Below, in pieces: positions 39,056-48,733 of a stretch of 64,000 bases of DNA (position 1 is the stretch's first letter; each line of letters begins with the position of its first letter). Made by a program: the position numbers and the translations under genes. The notes beneath the pieces were generated by a model that was not told the origin of the DNA, made no database searches, and saw only the letters and a list, made by a program, of their open reading frames with translations. The stretch is from an uncultured Thermococci archaeon (GTDB taxonomy: Archaea > CAYQAE01 > CAYVLA01): NCBI GenBank assembly GCA_964549615.1, contig CAZJVP010000101.1, positions 36,168-100,167 on the forward strand. The letters run 5' to 3'.

Positions 39056-40416
39056 AGGACTTGGATGGGCTGATCGATGCCGCGCTCCGTGCTGCCGGCT
39101 CAGCGACGGATGTCATCGTCAAGTGCACGACCTCAAGGGATTGGCAGATCAGGTTCTGCAACAGCCAGATAGAGATCTCGAACCAGTGGGTCTCCACAAA
39201 GATGGACGTGTTCGTAGCGGTCGGACGCAGGGTGGGCTCGACCGAGATCGAGGCGCCGACCGCAAAAAAGGTGAGGACGAGGGTGGCCGAGCTCGTCGCC
39301 TGGACTTCGAGCATGGCAGAGAGCCAACTTTACGGTGGGATATCGGACAAATCCTACAGACACCGAACCCTAAAAGATCTGATCGATCCCGAGATCGACG
39401 GCTTCGCGGAACAGGCGCCTTTTATGGTTCGTCTGGCGGTAGAGGCTGCCGAGGAGCAGGGCGCAAGAAAGGTCGCCGGGTCCCTTATGTTCGGCAGGCG
39501 CCGGCACGATCTGGCGACCAACCATGGGGTTCGGGCAACCTACGAGGAGTCGTCGTACGACCTGAACATCAGGAGCTTTGCGGACTCCGAGAGTTCGGGC
39601 CAGGGCCTGGCCAGCGGCCGGAAGATATCGAGGGCGGAGGAAAGATTCGTCCGGGCCGCCCGTGAGTCAGGAAGGATCGCGAGGATGTCGATGGGAGGAA
39701 CCCAGGGCCGCCCCGGCAAGTACGATCTCTTGATGGGCCCGACCGTTGCGGCCAACCTGCTGGGACAGCTGGCCGAGTCGGCCAACCCCCTTCTGATGAT
39801 GCTGGGTTCAAGCCCGCTGAAGGGACGCCTCGGGGCGCAGCTTGGTCCAGAGGTCCTGTCCGTTGTGGACGATCCGAGCATTGCCGAGGGGTTGGGGTCA
39901 AGGCCGTTTGACGACGAAGGCGTCCCATGTCGGCGTGTTAAGGTTTTCGACCGGGGCAGGTTCGTCGGACTCCTGCACAGCACGACGAGTGCAAGGCAAG
40001 CCGGCACCCGGACGACCGGGAGCAGCCGGCTGCTCAGCCTGGGACGGTCGAAGATCCCGGCCCCGTGGGCGAGCAACCTGGTCTTCGCCGCCGGGGGGGC
40101 CCGGACGGAGGAGATGGTGGAGGAGTGCAGGAGGCCGACGATCTACGTGACATCGAACTGGTATACGCGGTTCTCAAACTACGAAGAGGGCACCTTCTCG
40201 ACGATTCCCAGGGACGGCATCTTCCTCATCGAGGGGGGCCAGATCAAGAAGCCCCTGCGCAGGATCAGGATCTCCGACAACATCGTCGGGCTTCTCTCTC
40301 GGATCGAGCAGGTCGGAAGCGACGTCACGCAGGTCCACTGGTGGGAGGTTGAGACACCCACGTTCATCCCTCACATTAAATTCTCGGACGTCAACGTAAC
40401 GGCGGCCACGATGTAG
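39052..40416 (+). CDS. PmbA/TldE-family partner subunit
   Basis: ATGA overlap with the tldD stop; PGKYDLL, DDP..PFDDEG, no HExxxH. Confidence 0.85.
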   Translation: MKDLDGLIDAALRAAGSATDVIVKCTTSRDWQIRFCNSQIEISNQWVSTKMDVFVAVGRRVGSTEIEAPTAKKVRTRVAELVAWTSSMAESQLYGGISDKSYRHRTLKDLIDPEIDGFAEQAPFMVRLAVEAAEEQGARKVAGSLMFGRRRHDLATNHGVRATYEESSYDLNIRSFADSESSGQGLASGRKISRAEERFVRAARESGRIARMSMGGTQGRPGKYDLLMGPTVAANLLGQLAESANPLLMMLGSSPLKGRLGAQLGPEVLSVVDDPSIAEGLGSRPFDDEGVPCRRVKVFDRGRFVGLLHSTTSARQAGTRTTGSSRLLSLGRSKIPAPWASNLVFAAGGARTEEMVEECRRPTIYVTSNWYTRFSNYEEGTFSTIPRDGIFLIEGGQIKKPLRRIRISDNIVGLLSRIEQVGSDVTQVHWWEVETPTFIPHIKFSDVNVTAATM

Positions 40417-40552
40417 TGCCGGCCTGAAAGGATACGCGTCGGAGCACGAACTCGTCGCAGGCGTGGCCGCGGTTCTGCCGATGCCCGATGAGCCGGTCCT
40501 AGGCGGCGCTGGTCGGCTTCCGGCAAGAGCACCGTGGAGCTTACAGAATTGG

Positions 40553-40586
40553 TGCAAAAAATTTGCAGCATAGTCCTTAGCTGCAA
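40553..40586. promoter_or_regulatory. Two overlapping inverted repeats (possible operator) upstream of the heparinase-like gene
   Basis: TGCAAA-AAA-TTTGCA (40553-40567) and TTGCAGC-N10-GCTGCAA (40563-40586). Confidence 0.35.
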
Positions 40587-40672
40587 GGCACTCCTCCCGG
40601 CACACGGGCGCGTGTTGCCCAGAAACGGCTGACGCGATGAGATTATTGAGGTCCAGATGAGCGTGGCACTGC

Positions 40673-42637
40673 ATGCACCCGGGAGTGGCCGACCGCGGAC
40701 ACCCTACCTACGCCCTCGATCCATCACGCCTCGGGCCCCTCGTCGAGGACGCGTGGCCTTGCCTCTTCTTCGGCAGGGAAAGGATGGCCGAGATCAGGCG
40801 AAAGATTGCCCTCCTGGGATGGGCCCGGTCTCTTTACGGCAGGATGCTAAGCGAGGCAAGGCAGTTGTTGGAATCTCCCTGCCTGTTGTATCCGGGCCGG
40901 CCCGGATGGAGGCATGATTTCTATTCACCGCGCACCGGGGCCCACTTGGTCTTTGATCCAAGACAGCCCGAGGCCTTCAGGGATCCCGCAGACGGGTCGC
41001 TCGTGACGGGCGAGACCCACAGGGCGGCCTGGGTTCTCCTTGAGCACGAAAGGCTGTACCGTCTCATGCGCAGCGTTGCAGTGCTCTACCGACTGACCGG
41101 CAAGCAGCAGTACTCGGACTGGGTTGCCGAGGGAATTCTGGGTGCTGCGGACTTCTTCCAACACGCAGAAAGAAGGGGTCGCTACGGCACGGTCTATTTC
41201 CAACCGCTGTACGACGCCCAGGTGATCACCCTTCTGGCAAATGCGTACGACCTGATCCGGGATAGCTGGTCTCTGGAGGCTTGGGCCCACGAACACATAA
41301 GGAAGGCGCTGTTTCAGTCAGGCTCATCCGGCTTGCTCAAATACCTGCGCGGGGCGAGGGCACACAACATAACCTGCTACGTTGCCGCAGCGGTCGGGAC
41401 CTTGGGCGCCATCCTCGATGAGCCTGACCTCTTGTGGATGGCGCTATCGGAGGAGGAGACCGGTTTGCAGGGCCTGCTCAGAAAGGGTTTGCGCAGGGAC
41501 GGGCAGGGCCGCACGGATGGCACCTGGTATGAGGGTACAACCTTCTATCACCTGTACGCCATGTGCCCGCTTTTCTGTCTCTACGAGCTTGCGAAGCGAT
41601 GGGGCTTGGACGGTGCCGCCCTCTCGGAGATACACGACGCCCTGATAGCAATGGCGAGGGTCCCGGTCCTTCTTGCGGATGAGCGCCTGCGGCTACCTTG
41701 GCTTGGAGATCTGGGCTTCCCGGAGCATCCCGGCTTGACAAGCTTCGCCCACCTTTACGAGTACGCCGCAGGGATGCTTGACAGGACATTCCTTGCCGTT
41801 CTTCGCGCGTGCGAGGCTGGTCAAGGCCGGGCCGGCTTGGCCGCTCTAAGCTTTGGTCCCGACCGTCTCTCCAGTCCTTTACGGCACGAGCCATCCTCGC
41901 TCTTGGGCCAGGGCGGAATCGCGGTCCTAAGGGCGGCCACTAGACGGGGGCACTACTACGCGTTGCTCAAGGCCGGGACGCACGGCGGGGGCCATGACCA
42001 TCGCGACAAGCTACAGGTGGTCTTCCACGCGATGGGGGAGGTCATCGCTCCAGACCTTGGGACGGCGGGATACTCGTTGGAGGATTTCAAGCTCTACTGC
42101 GCCAGCACCCTTGCGCACAACGCTCTGCTGGTCGATGAGTTAGATCAATCCCCCGTTGCCGATGCGGGCGTTTCGATGGACTCCGCGTCTTCGGCCAGCG
42201 GCGTGGTCCGCGACGCCTACCCCGGGGTTTGCCTGGAGAGGAGGGTCATGCTTGATCCGCCCCGCATCTTGGTCGATGACGCGTTCTCCTCGGCCGCGGG
42301 ACACCGCTATTGTTGGGTCTTCCATGCCAAGGGCAAACTTGACGTAGAAGTCCATAGGGCCCGCACGCCATTGGAGCTTCCTCCGCTCCCCTGTGAGGGA
42401 CCCTTCCGGTTCTTCCGTAGCCGGGTGGAGATGGGGACGGTTCGAAGGGCGTCGGCGAGGTGGACGATTAGGAGAGATCTGAGTCTTCTTTGCGATGTCC
42501 GGTGGGATGGACCGTTCGAGTGCACGATCGGAACGACGCCTAGCAACCCGATGACCTCTTCTCTCGGGACGATGTTTCTGCGTTGCCCCGGGAGGCGAAG
42601 GCGGGCACGGGCGGCATTCAGGCTCGCCTTTCACTGA
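40673..42637 (+). CDS. Heparinase II/III-family polysaccharide lyase-like protein
   Basis: AHNI, DGTWYEG..YH, HGGGHDHRDKL, DLGTAGY, STLAHNALLVD. No signal peptide. Confidence 0.8.
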   Translation: MHPGVADRGHPTYALDPSRLGPLVEDAWPCLFFGRERMAEIRRKIALLGWARSLYGRMLSEARQLLESPCLLYPGRPGWRHDFYSPRTGAHLVFDPRQPEAFRDPADGSLVTGETHRAAWVLLEHERLYRLMRSVAVLYRLTGKQQYSDWVAEGILGAADFFQHAERRGRYGTVYFQPLYDAQVITLLANAYDLIRDSWSLEAWAHEHIRKALFQSGSSGLLKYLRGARAHNITCYVAAAVGTLGAILDEPDLLWMALSEEETGLQGLLRKGLRRDGQGRTDGTWYEGTTFYHLYAMCPLFCLYELAKRWGLDGAALSEIHDALIAMARVPVLLADERLRLPWLGDLGFPEHPGLTSFAHLYEYAAGMLDRTFLAVLRACEAGQGRAGLAALSFGPDRLSSPLRHEPSSLLGQGGIAVLRAATRRGHYYALLKAGTHGGGHDHRDKLQVVFHAMGEVIAPDLGTAGYSLEDFKLYCASTLAHNALLVDELDQSPVADAGVSMDSASSASGVVRDAYPGVCLERRVMLDPPRILVDDAFSSAAGHRYCWVFHAKGKLDVEVHRARTPLELPPLPCEGPFRFFRSRVEMGTVRRASARWTIRRDLSLLCDVRWDGPFECTIGTTPSNPMTSSLGTMFLRCPGRRRRARAAFRLAFH

Positions 42638-42716
42638 TATGCCTCTGCGTCTCCATTCGGCGTGCGGAACCTTTTTCACCATTCGTCCCAATCCGCGGGG
42701 CACGGGCGAAGCTGGT

Positions 42717-43916
42717 TTGAGGGAGTCCCTGAAGTTGGTCCTTATCGGCCTTCTTGCATGCTTGGCCGCGCTCGGTCCAACGCAGGCGAGAACCGGACCC
42801 GACGGCAGAATCCGGGCGATATGCTTCGGGGATGTCATCGACCAGTATGGGGGGTTCAACAGCTTCGTCGTCATGAGGACGGACCCGGCGATCCAGACGA
42901 CGCTCGTCCCGTCCAGGCCCGATTACTTGGGTTCCTACGAGGATGCATGGCGGAACATGAGGATGTATGTGCCGCGGACCTATTCGCTTCTCGTCCGGGA
43001 ATACGATCTGTTGGTGACCAGCGACGCGGACAGCACGGTGTTCAGGCCGGAATGGATCGACTGGATGACGAGATCCGTCGTGGACGGGGGTCTGGGGCTC
43101 GAGTGGCTGGGGAGCATCCAGAGCTCGAGCTTCCCGAGCTGGGAGGGAACAACCCTTGCTGGCATCGCCCCGGTCGAGCCGGCCCCGGAGTTGGATGTCA
43201 GCAGCAGCTTGAGGGTCAAGATCCTCGACCCAAACGAACCCCTCATGACCGCGGTCCCTTGGCAGCAGGCACCACCCCTTGCCAATATCAATTCGCAGGT
43301 TCCTAGGGAGGGTGCCAAGGTCTGGGCAATCACCGACCACCCAAAGGCCTACCCGTTGATGACCTACTGGCGGGTGGGGCAGGGTTCCGTACTATGCTTT
43401 GCAAGCAAGTTCCCCAACGGGGTTCGAGCATGGTCGAGGGACTGGCCATTCTTCACCCAGGCCATGATCTACCTCAGCTACAGGTCAGTCGAGCGGGAGA
43501 TCCCCCAGGATGCCCTGCTTTTTAAGCAAATATTTACGGAGTTCGCCGAGTACGGACAGAGGAATTCGCTGGTGGGCTCGGTCCTGGAGTTTGCCGAGAG
43601 GTTCGGTGCAAGGGTGGACGGCCTCTTCCGCAGACTCGACGGGGTGGCTGATATCAAGGCGATGGCGGACGCCGCATACCTTCGGGGCGATCTGGAGGAG
43701 TGCATGGAACTGATGGCGAGGATCAGGGCCGATCAGAAGTCCATCATGACAGATTCCGTTAGGGCAAAGGACGCCGCCCTTGCGTGGGTCTACATCACGG
43801 AATGGTGCGCCCTGACGGCAACCCTCCTCTTCTCCGGCGGCTTGGTGTGGCATCTGATGGTCCGGCGGAGGCTGTACAGGGATGCAGGGGCGTCGCGCCA
43901 CCTTCGGGTTTGGTGA
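42717..43916 (+). CDS. Membrane-anchored GATase-like (DUF1355-like) protein, paralogue 4 of 5
   Basis: Signal-peptide-like segment (start TTG 42717 or ATG 42639), DGRIRAICFGD, RMYVPRT, YDLLVTSD, PLMTYWRVGQG, FGAR, KDAALAWVYITEW..LMVRRRLY. Confidence 0.78.
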   Translation: MRESLKLVLIGLLACLAALGPTQARTGPDGRIRAICFGDVIDQYGGFNSFVVMRTDPAIQTTLVPSRPDYLGSYEDAWRNMRMYVPRTYSLLVREYDLLVTSDADSTVFRPEWIDWMTRSVVDGGLGLEWLGSIQSSSFPSWEGTTLAGIAPVEPAPELDVSSSLRVKILDPNEPLMTAVPWQQAPPLANINSQVPREGAKVWAITDHPKAYPLMTYWRVGQGSVLCFASKFPNGVRAWSRDWPFFTQAMIYLSYRSVEREIPQDALLFKQIFTEFAEYGQRNSLVGSVLEFAERFGARVDGLFRRLDGVADIKAMADAAYLRGDLEECMELMARIRADQKSIMTDSVRAKDAALAWVYITEWCALTATLLFSGGLVWHLMVRRRLYRDAGASRHLRVW

Positions 43917-44051
43917 GGGCCTAGCTTCTGCCCCGATGACGTGGGCGAAGGTAAAGCTTTCCTGCGTACTGGAGCCCGCCACATGGAGGGTTCCACTCCG
44001 TTCCAAACAACACATAAGAACCGTTCCGGGGCAACTTAAGGCGGTGATCAC

Positions 44052-44891
44052 TTGAGGATCTCCAGGAAGCTTGTGCTCGCGTGCGCTCTAGCCGCAGCGG
44101 TCTTCATACCCCTTGCGGTTATGGGTCAGTCTTGGTTTATCGAACGGCCGAGGGCTCAATACAGGGCCCTCCTACGCGGGTTGGGATTTGGGCCTTGCGT
44201 GAAGGCGGGGAGCATCACGGAGGCGGATGTGGAAAAGGTTGCGCAGGAGCTGGGTCTAACCGAGGAAGAGACGGAGAAGCTGAAGACCCTGATTGCAGAG
44301 ACGGAGCCCCTGAAAGAGGAACTCAGGGAGAAGATGGAGGAGATACGGGCGATAGTCGGCCCCAAGATACAGGAGAAGATCCAAGAGACCCGGGAGGAAT
44401 GTAAGGGGGTCCTTGACGAGGCCAAGGAGATCGTGGCCGAGATCAGAACTCTCTGCTCGGAGCTTAAGAAGGCCCAGGAGGAGGGCAACGCCGAGGAGGC
44501 CGAGCAGCTGAAGTCCCAGATCGAAGACAAGAGGGAGCAGCTCAAGGAGCTCTGCACCCAGCTTCGGGAGTCTGGCTGCGGCCCGATGGTTGGAAGATGT
44601 GTCAGAGGCCGGGTGATGGCGCGCTGGGGCATGAGGGGAGGCATGGGCCCGATGGGCTTCGGCCCGTTTGGAGGTTGGTGGCAGGACCTATCTGAGGAGG
44701 ACCGCAACACGCTCAAGTCGCTTTGGGAGGATCTGAGGGAAGCGGGCCAGGACCTGCGGGGCCTCATGGGAAAGGGAACGCAGGAAGACTTCAAGGCCAT
44801 CGCGGATAGGCTGGCGGATTTGATGTACCAGATCTCGGAATTCATGAAGGAGAAGGGGATCGCCCTGCCCAAAGGCGTCGGATGCCCTTAG
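44052..44891 (+). CDS. Secreted coiled-coil protein, possibly Spy/CpxP-like
   Basis: TTG start after GGTGA SD; signal peptide; LGLTEEETEKL and DLSEEDRNTL motifs; Gly/Met-rich linker. Confidence 0.6.
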   Translation: MRISRKLVLACALAAAVFIPLAVMGQSWFIERPRAQYRALLRGLGFGPCVKAGSITEADVEKVAQELGLTEEETEKLKTLIAETEPLKEELREKMEEIRAIVGPKIQEKIQETREECKGVLDEAKEIVAEIRTLCSELKKAQEEGNAEEAEQLKSQIEDKREQLKELCTQLRESGCGPMVGRCVRGRVMARWGMRGGMGPMGFGPFGGWWQDLSEEDRNTLKSLWEDLREAGQDLRGLMGKGTQEDFKAIADRLADLMYQISEFMKEKGIALPKGVGCP

Positions 44892-44921
44892 CTGAGTCGC
44901 ACGGATGGATAGGAAGGCGAC

Positions 44922-45608
44922 ATGATCTCAGAACGTGCTAGAGCCGCACTCATCTTCGTATCGGTTGTCATAGCCGGGAGTGTAGCGGCCGCCAGCCTCA
45001 TATCGACCATAAGGGAGCGGCGGTTGCAGAGGCAGGGTGACGACCCCGAAGCCTTCCTGCGCGACTTTCCTCAGCAGGATGCGAGCCAAAGCTTCCTGGG
45101 CGCCCCTGCCCTCCTGTTCGAACGGGCGGGCGAGTCGGTTTACGTGAACGAGCCGCCGGAGGAGGTCAAGGTTACCATCTTCACCAGGAAGGTCCCGGAG
45201 ACGGGCGTCCTAAGGAGAGTCCTAGAAAATCGGCCATACAGGACTTGGAGAACTGCAAGGGGCAGCCTTGTGACGCGGTCCGAGGGGACCATCGCCGTTG
45301 GGGACAGGCTACTGGTGGTGAGGTCCTTCAGGATCGACAACGGAAACCCCAAGGCGGACCTCTGGAGCACTGGGCCGCGTGCGGAGAAGATAGGTTCTAT
45401 TGAGTTCCAGGCTGTTGACGACAAGGTCGTCCAGGGCACGATCCAGCTGGAACGGACTGGACAGGAATACGACGTCATAATCCCCAGGGGTCACCCCAAC
45501 ATGACCGGCCTCTTGGAGAGTATTCGGGCGGTCAGGCCTCTGACGCGGGCGGAAGTCATGGCTTTGGTGAAGAGTTCCTACAACGCGTCAAGTCCGGCCG
45601 GCGGATAG
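44922..45608 (+). CDS. Membrane-anchored hypothetical protein
   Basis: Single N-terminal TM followed by a beta-rich domain; co-oriented 30 nt after the previous gene. Confidence 0.6.
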   Translation: MISERARAALIFVSVVIAGSVAAASLISTIRERRLQRQGDDPEAFLRDFPQQDASQSFLGAPALLFERAGESVYVNEPPEEVKVTIFTRKVPETGVLRRVLENRPYRTWRTARGSLVTRSEGTIAVGDRLLVVRSFRIDNGNPKADLWSTGPRAEKIGSIEFQAVDDKVVQGTIQLERTGQEYDVIIPRGHPNMTGLLESIRAVRPLTRAEVMALVKSSYNASSPAGG

Positions 45609-45698
45609 GCCCGGTCCGAGATGCAGGTTTGGGCAAGCCTCGTCGACCCCGTGGTAACACTATTCTGCTTCGATTTCCCGCGACGGTTGGGCGAGTGT

Positions 45699-46310
45699 GT
45701 GGCAGCCCCAACGATCGGAATCCTAGACTGCGGCTCGGGTAACCTTCGCAGCGTTCACAAAGCAATCGCCCACGAGGAGGGTTCGCCCAGGGTATCGACC
45801 CGGATAGACCCAGACTGGGATGGTTTGGTCCTCCCAGGGGTCGGGGCGTTTGGCCATGCGATGAGGGCGGTTCGCCCCGTTAGGGACGACCTCGCTGCTT
45901 TCCTAGAAGCGGGCAAGCCCTTCCTTGGCATCTGCCTAGGTCTGCAGATCCTTTTCGAGTCGAGCGAGGAGAACCCGGAGGAGCCGGGCCTGGGAATCCT
46001 GAAAGGCAGGATCGTCCGAATACGGGCGGCAAAGGTCCCGCACATTGGATGGAATTCCGTGGAGCTGAGTCGGGAATCCCGACTTTTCGAAGGCGTTGGG
46101 AGCGGCCAGCACCTGTACTTCGTTCATTCATACGCGGCAAGGCCGGAGGAGGATGTCGTGATCGCTACTTGTGAGCACGAGGGAGAACCAATCGTATCCG
46201 CCGTGGAGAGGGATAACATCTACGCCTGCCAGTTCCACCCGGAAAAGAGCGGCCGGGCAGGGCTGAGGATCGTTCGGAACTTCGTCGAGATGTCAAGGGG
46301 CGGTCGGTAG
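45699..46310 (+). CDS. hisH: Imidazole glycerol phosphate synthase glutaminase subunit
   Basis: DCGSGNLRSV, LPGVGAF, GICLGLQ, VPHIGWN, YFVHSY, QFHPEKS. Confidence 0.95.
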   Translation: MAAPTIGILDCGSGNLRSVHKAIAHEEGSPRVSTRIDPDWDGLVLPGVGAFGHAMRAVRPVRDDLAAFLEAGKPFLGICLGLQILFESSEENPEEPGLGILKGRIVRIRAAKVPHIGWNSVELSRESRLFEGVGSGQHLYFVHSYAARPEEDVVIATCEHEGEPIVSAVERDNIYACQFHPEKSGRAGLRIVRNFVEMSRGGR

Positions 46311-47137
46311 TGGCGCTGGCGAAACGTATCATTCCATGCCTTGACTGCGACCTCGCCATTCCCCAGGGCAGGGTGATCAAGGGCGTGAGGTTCAAGCGCC
46401 ATGTCTATGCGGGCGATCCCGCCGAGAGGGCAAGGGAGTACGAGGAGCAGGGGGCGGATGAGATCGTCTTCCTCGACGTCACCGCTTCCCAGGAGAGAAG
46501 GGAAACCATGACCAACGTTGTCGAGCGGACGACCGACGAGGTTTTCATTCCAGTGACGGTTGGCGGCGGGATCAGGAAGGTAGAGGACTTCGTGAGGATG
46601 CTCAGGGCCGGGGCGGACAAGTGCTCCGTCACCACCCACGCACTGCTGGACCCGGACCTGATCTCCCGAGCGGCGAGGGTGGTGGGGTCCCAAGCGGTGG
46701 TCGTTTCCATAGATGCCCAAAGGCACGCGGCCGACGGTTCCCCCGGAAGGAACGTGGTGGATACGCCGATGGGCCCGTCCTGGTACGAGTGTTGGGCTTA
46801 CGGGGGTGCCCAGGGGACCGGCCGAGATGTCATAGCGTGGGCCGTGGAGGCCGAAAGGAGGGGCGCGGGAGAGATCCTGCTCAACAGCATTGAGGCAGAT
46901 GGCATGCAGGTGGGCTATGACTGGGCCCTGACGAAGGCGGTCTCCGAGCGCGTGAGCATCCCCGTCATTGCATCCGGCGGGTGCGGGCGACCCGAACACT
47001 TCTTGGAGGTCTTCACGAAGGGCCGGGCGGACGCTGCCCTAGCGGCCAGCATATTCCACTTTGGCAAGTACAGCGTGGGCGAGGTCAAGCGTTACCTGGC
47101 GGAGCACGGCATCCCTGTGCGTCTGGCAGGCGATTAG
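46310..47137 (+). CDS. hisF: Imidazole glycerol phosphate synthase cyclase subunit, coupled to hisH
   Basis: LAKRIIPCLD, GADEIVFLDVTAS, IPVTVGGGI, VVSIDA, GAGEILL, PVIASGG, ALAASIFH. Confidence 0.95.
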   Translation: MALAKRIIPCLDCDLAIPQGRVIKGVRFKRHVYAGDPAERAREYEEQGADEIVFLDVTASQERRETMTNVVERTTDEVFIPVTVGGGIRKVEDFVRMLRAGADKCSVTTHALLDPDLISRAARVVGSQAVVVSIDAQRHAADGSPGRNVVDTPMGPSWYECWAYGGAQGTGRDVIAWAVEAERRGAGEILLNSIEADGMQVGYDWALTKAVSERVSIPVIASGGCGRPEHFLEVFTKGRADAALAASIFHFGKYSVGEVKRYLAEHGIPVRLAGD

Positions 47138-47165
47138 GACCGTCGCATTTCCGCGTGCCGGCCGG

Positions 47166-48314
47166 CTATGCGAGGGATTTGATGAATTCGTCGAACAGGA
47201 ACGTGGCATCAAGCGGCCCGGGCGTTGCCTCGGGGTGAAACTGCGTGGTCATTATGCGGTAGTCCTGATGGTCCAGACCCTCGACGCTGCCGTCGTTGAG
47301 GTTCTTCATCGTGATGCGCAGGCCGGTGTTAGCAAGCGAGTCGGGATTGACTGCGTACCCGTGGTTCTGGGTCGTGATGTATACCCTGTTGCGATCGAGG
47401 TCCTTGACCGGGTGGTTTCCGCCCCTGTGGCCGAACTTCATCTTGTAGGTGCTCGCTCCGAGGGCGAGGGCCGCTATCTGGTGTCCCAGGCAGATGCACA
47501 TCAGGGGAAAGTCTGGTGCGAGGCGCCTAACGGTCTCCTGTGGTTGGGTCGCCCTGGCCGGGTCCCCGGGGCCGTTGCTGACGATGATGAACCTTGGTTC
47601 GTAGGATGCAACTTCGTCCGCGTTGCAGCTGTACGGGAGCACGACGACGTCGAACCCTCTCTGGGCCACGTTGCGGGCGATGCTCCTCTTCATTCCGCAG
47701 TCGACTATGACGCACCTTTTTTCTGATCGGAGGTCCGCCACGCTCGCGACCTCCCTCGCGTCAGGCGCACGCAGGAAGCGAGGCGCCTTGGTCGAGGCCA
47801 GATGGATAAGGTCGAGCTCGGACAGCTCGGGTGTCTCCCTCGCTTCCCTAACCAGTTCATCCCTGTCGATCCTGCCTTTGCCGACCTCCATTGCGGCGTT
47901 CATGGCACCCTCGGTTCTAATCTTGATCGTGATCTCCCTGGTGTCGACCTGCTCGATCCCGGGGACGCCGTTCTTCTGCAGGTACTCGTGTATGGTCATC
48001 ACAGCATCCCGGTGGCTGGTGACCGGGGATGCCTCCCTGACGACGAACCCGCTGGGCTGGATGCGGTCCGACTCGAACCTTTCCGGGTGCTTAACGGGGT
48101 CCGAGACGCCATAGTTCCCGATGAGCGGGTAGGTCATGAGCAGGATGTGGCCGATGAAGCTTGGATCGGTCAGGGTCTCCTCATACCCAGTCATCGAAGT
48201 ATCGAAGACAAGTTCACCTGCCGCGTGCCCGGGCGCCCCGAATCCCCTGCCCTCGTAGACGGAGCCGTCCGCAAGAGCCAGGACCGCCTTGAGCTTGGGC
48301 ATCTCCTTTTCCAC
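47166..48314 (-). CDS. carA: Carbamoyl-phosphate synthase small subunit
   Basis: GELVF.TSMTGY.E.LTDPS, YPLIGNYG, SNGPGDP, ICLGHQ, FGHRGGNHPV, TQNHGYAV, QFHPE. Confidence 0.95.
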   Translation of the reverse strand: MEKEMPKLKAVLALADGSVYEGRGFGAPGHAAGELVFDTSMTGYEETLTDPSFIGHILLMTYPLIGNYGVSDPVKHPERFESDRIQPSGFVVREASPVTSHRDAVMTIHEYLQKNGVPGIEQVDTREITIKIRTEGAMNAAMEVGKGRIDRDELVREARETPELSELDLIHLASTKAPRFLRAPDAREVASVADLRSEKRCVIVDCGMKRSIARNVAQRGFDVVVLPYSCNADEVASYEPRFIIVSNGPGDPARATQPQETVRRLAPDFPLMCICLGHQIAALALGASTYKMKFGHRGGNHPVKDLDRNRVYITTQNHGYAVNPDSLANTGLRITMKNLNDGSVEGLDHQDYRIMTTQFHPEATPGPLDATFLFDEFIKSLA

Positions 48315-48469
48315 CGACCTTGCGCGATCGGTGAGCGTGCCTTATTTGTCTTTTTGCGGGAAGGAAGTGCCCGAGGCGCGCTGAGGGGATTCGGAGCAAC
48401 GATGCGTGTGCCTGCATCGGGCGGGTCACCGAGAAGCCTTGCGTCGGGCGCCCGATCAGGTCGACGGGT

Positions 48470-48482
48470 AAAGCTTTTTATC
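48470..48482 (+). promoter_or_regulatory. BRE/TATA-like promoter of the 48506 gene
   Basis: AAAGCTTTTTATC, about 29 nt before ATG 48506. Confidence 0.55.
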
Positions 48483-48505
48483 GGTACGTTTCGCCGCGAA
48501 CAACG

Positions 48506-48733
48506 ATGAAGACATACCTTCTCGTCTTCCATTCAAGCGAGGGCGCGCCGCCCTCCGAGGTCGTGGAGCGCATAAAGTCGGTCGGATTCAAGGTGATGAA
48601 GGGTTACTATGATTTTGTTTACGAGTGGGAGGAGCAGGAAAACGTGGAGGAGGTCGTGAAGATCGCAGACGTGCTCCACACGGTGCTCAAGGGGACCGGC
48701 ACGACCTTCAAGCTCGAGACGACTCCGGACTAG
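48506..48733 (+). CDS. Small conserved-looking archaeal hypothetical protein (ferredoxin-like alpha/beta pattern)
   Basis: MKTYLLVFHSSEGAPPSEVVERIKSVGF..GYYDFVYEW; own TATA box; typical codon usage. Confidence 0.7.
   Translation: MKTYLLVFHSSEGAPPSEVVERIKSVGFKVMKGYYDFVYEWEEQENVEEVVKIADVLHTVLKGTGTTFKLETTPD

Noticed and set aside
37625-40416. tldD/pmbA as part of a RiPP cluster
   Set aside because: No precursor peptide, YcaO or radical SAM gene nearby; the pair is common in archaea.
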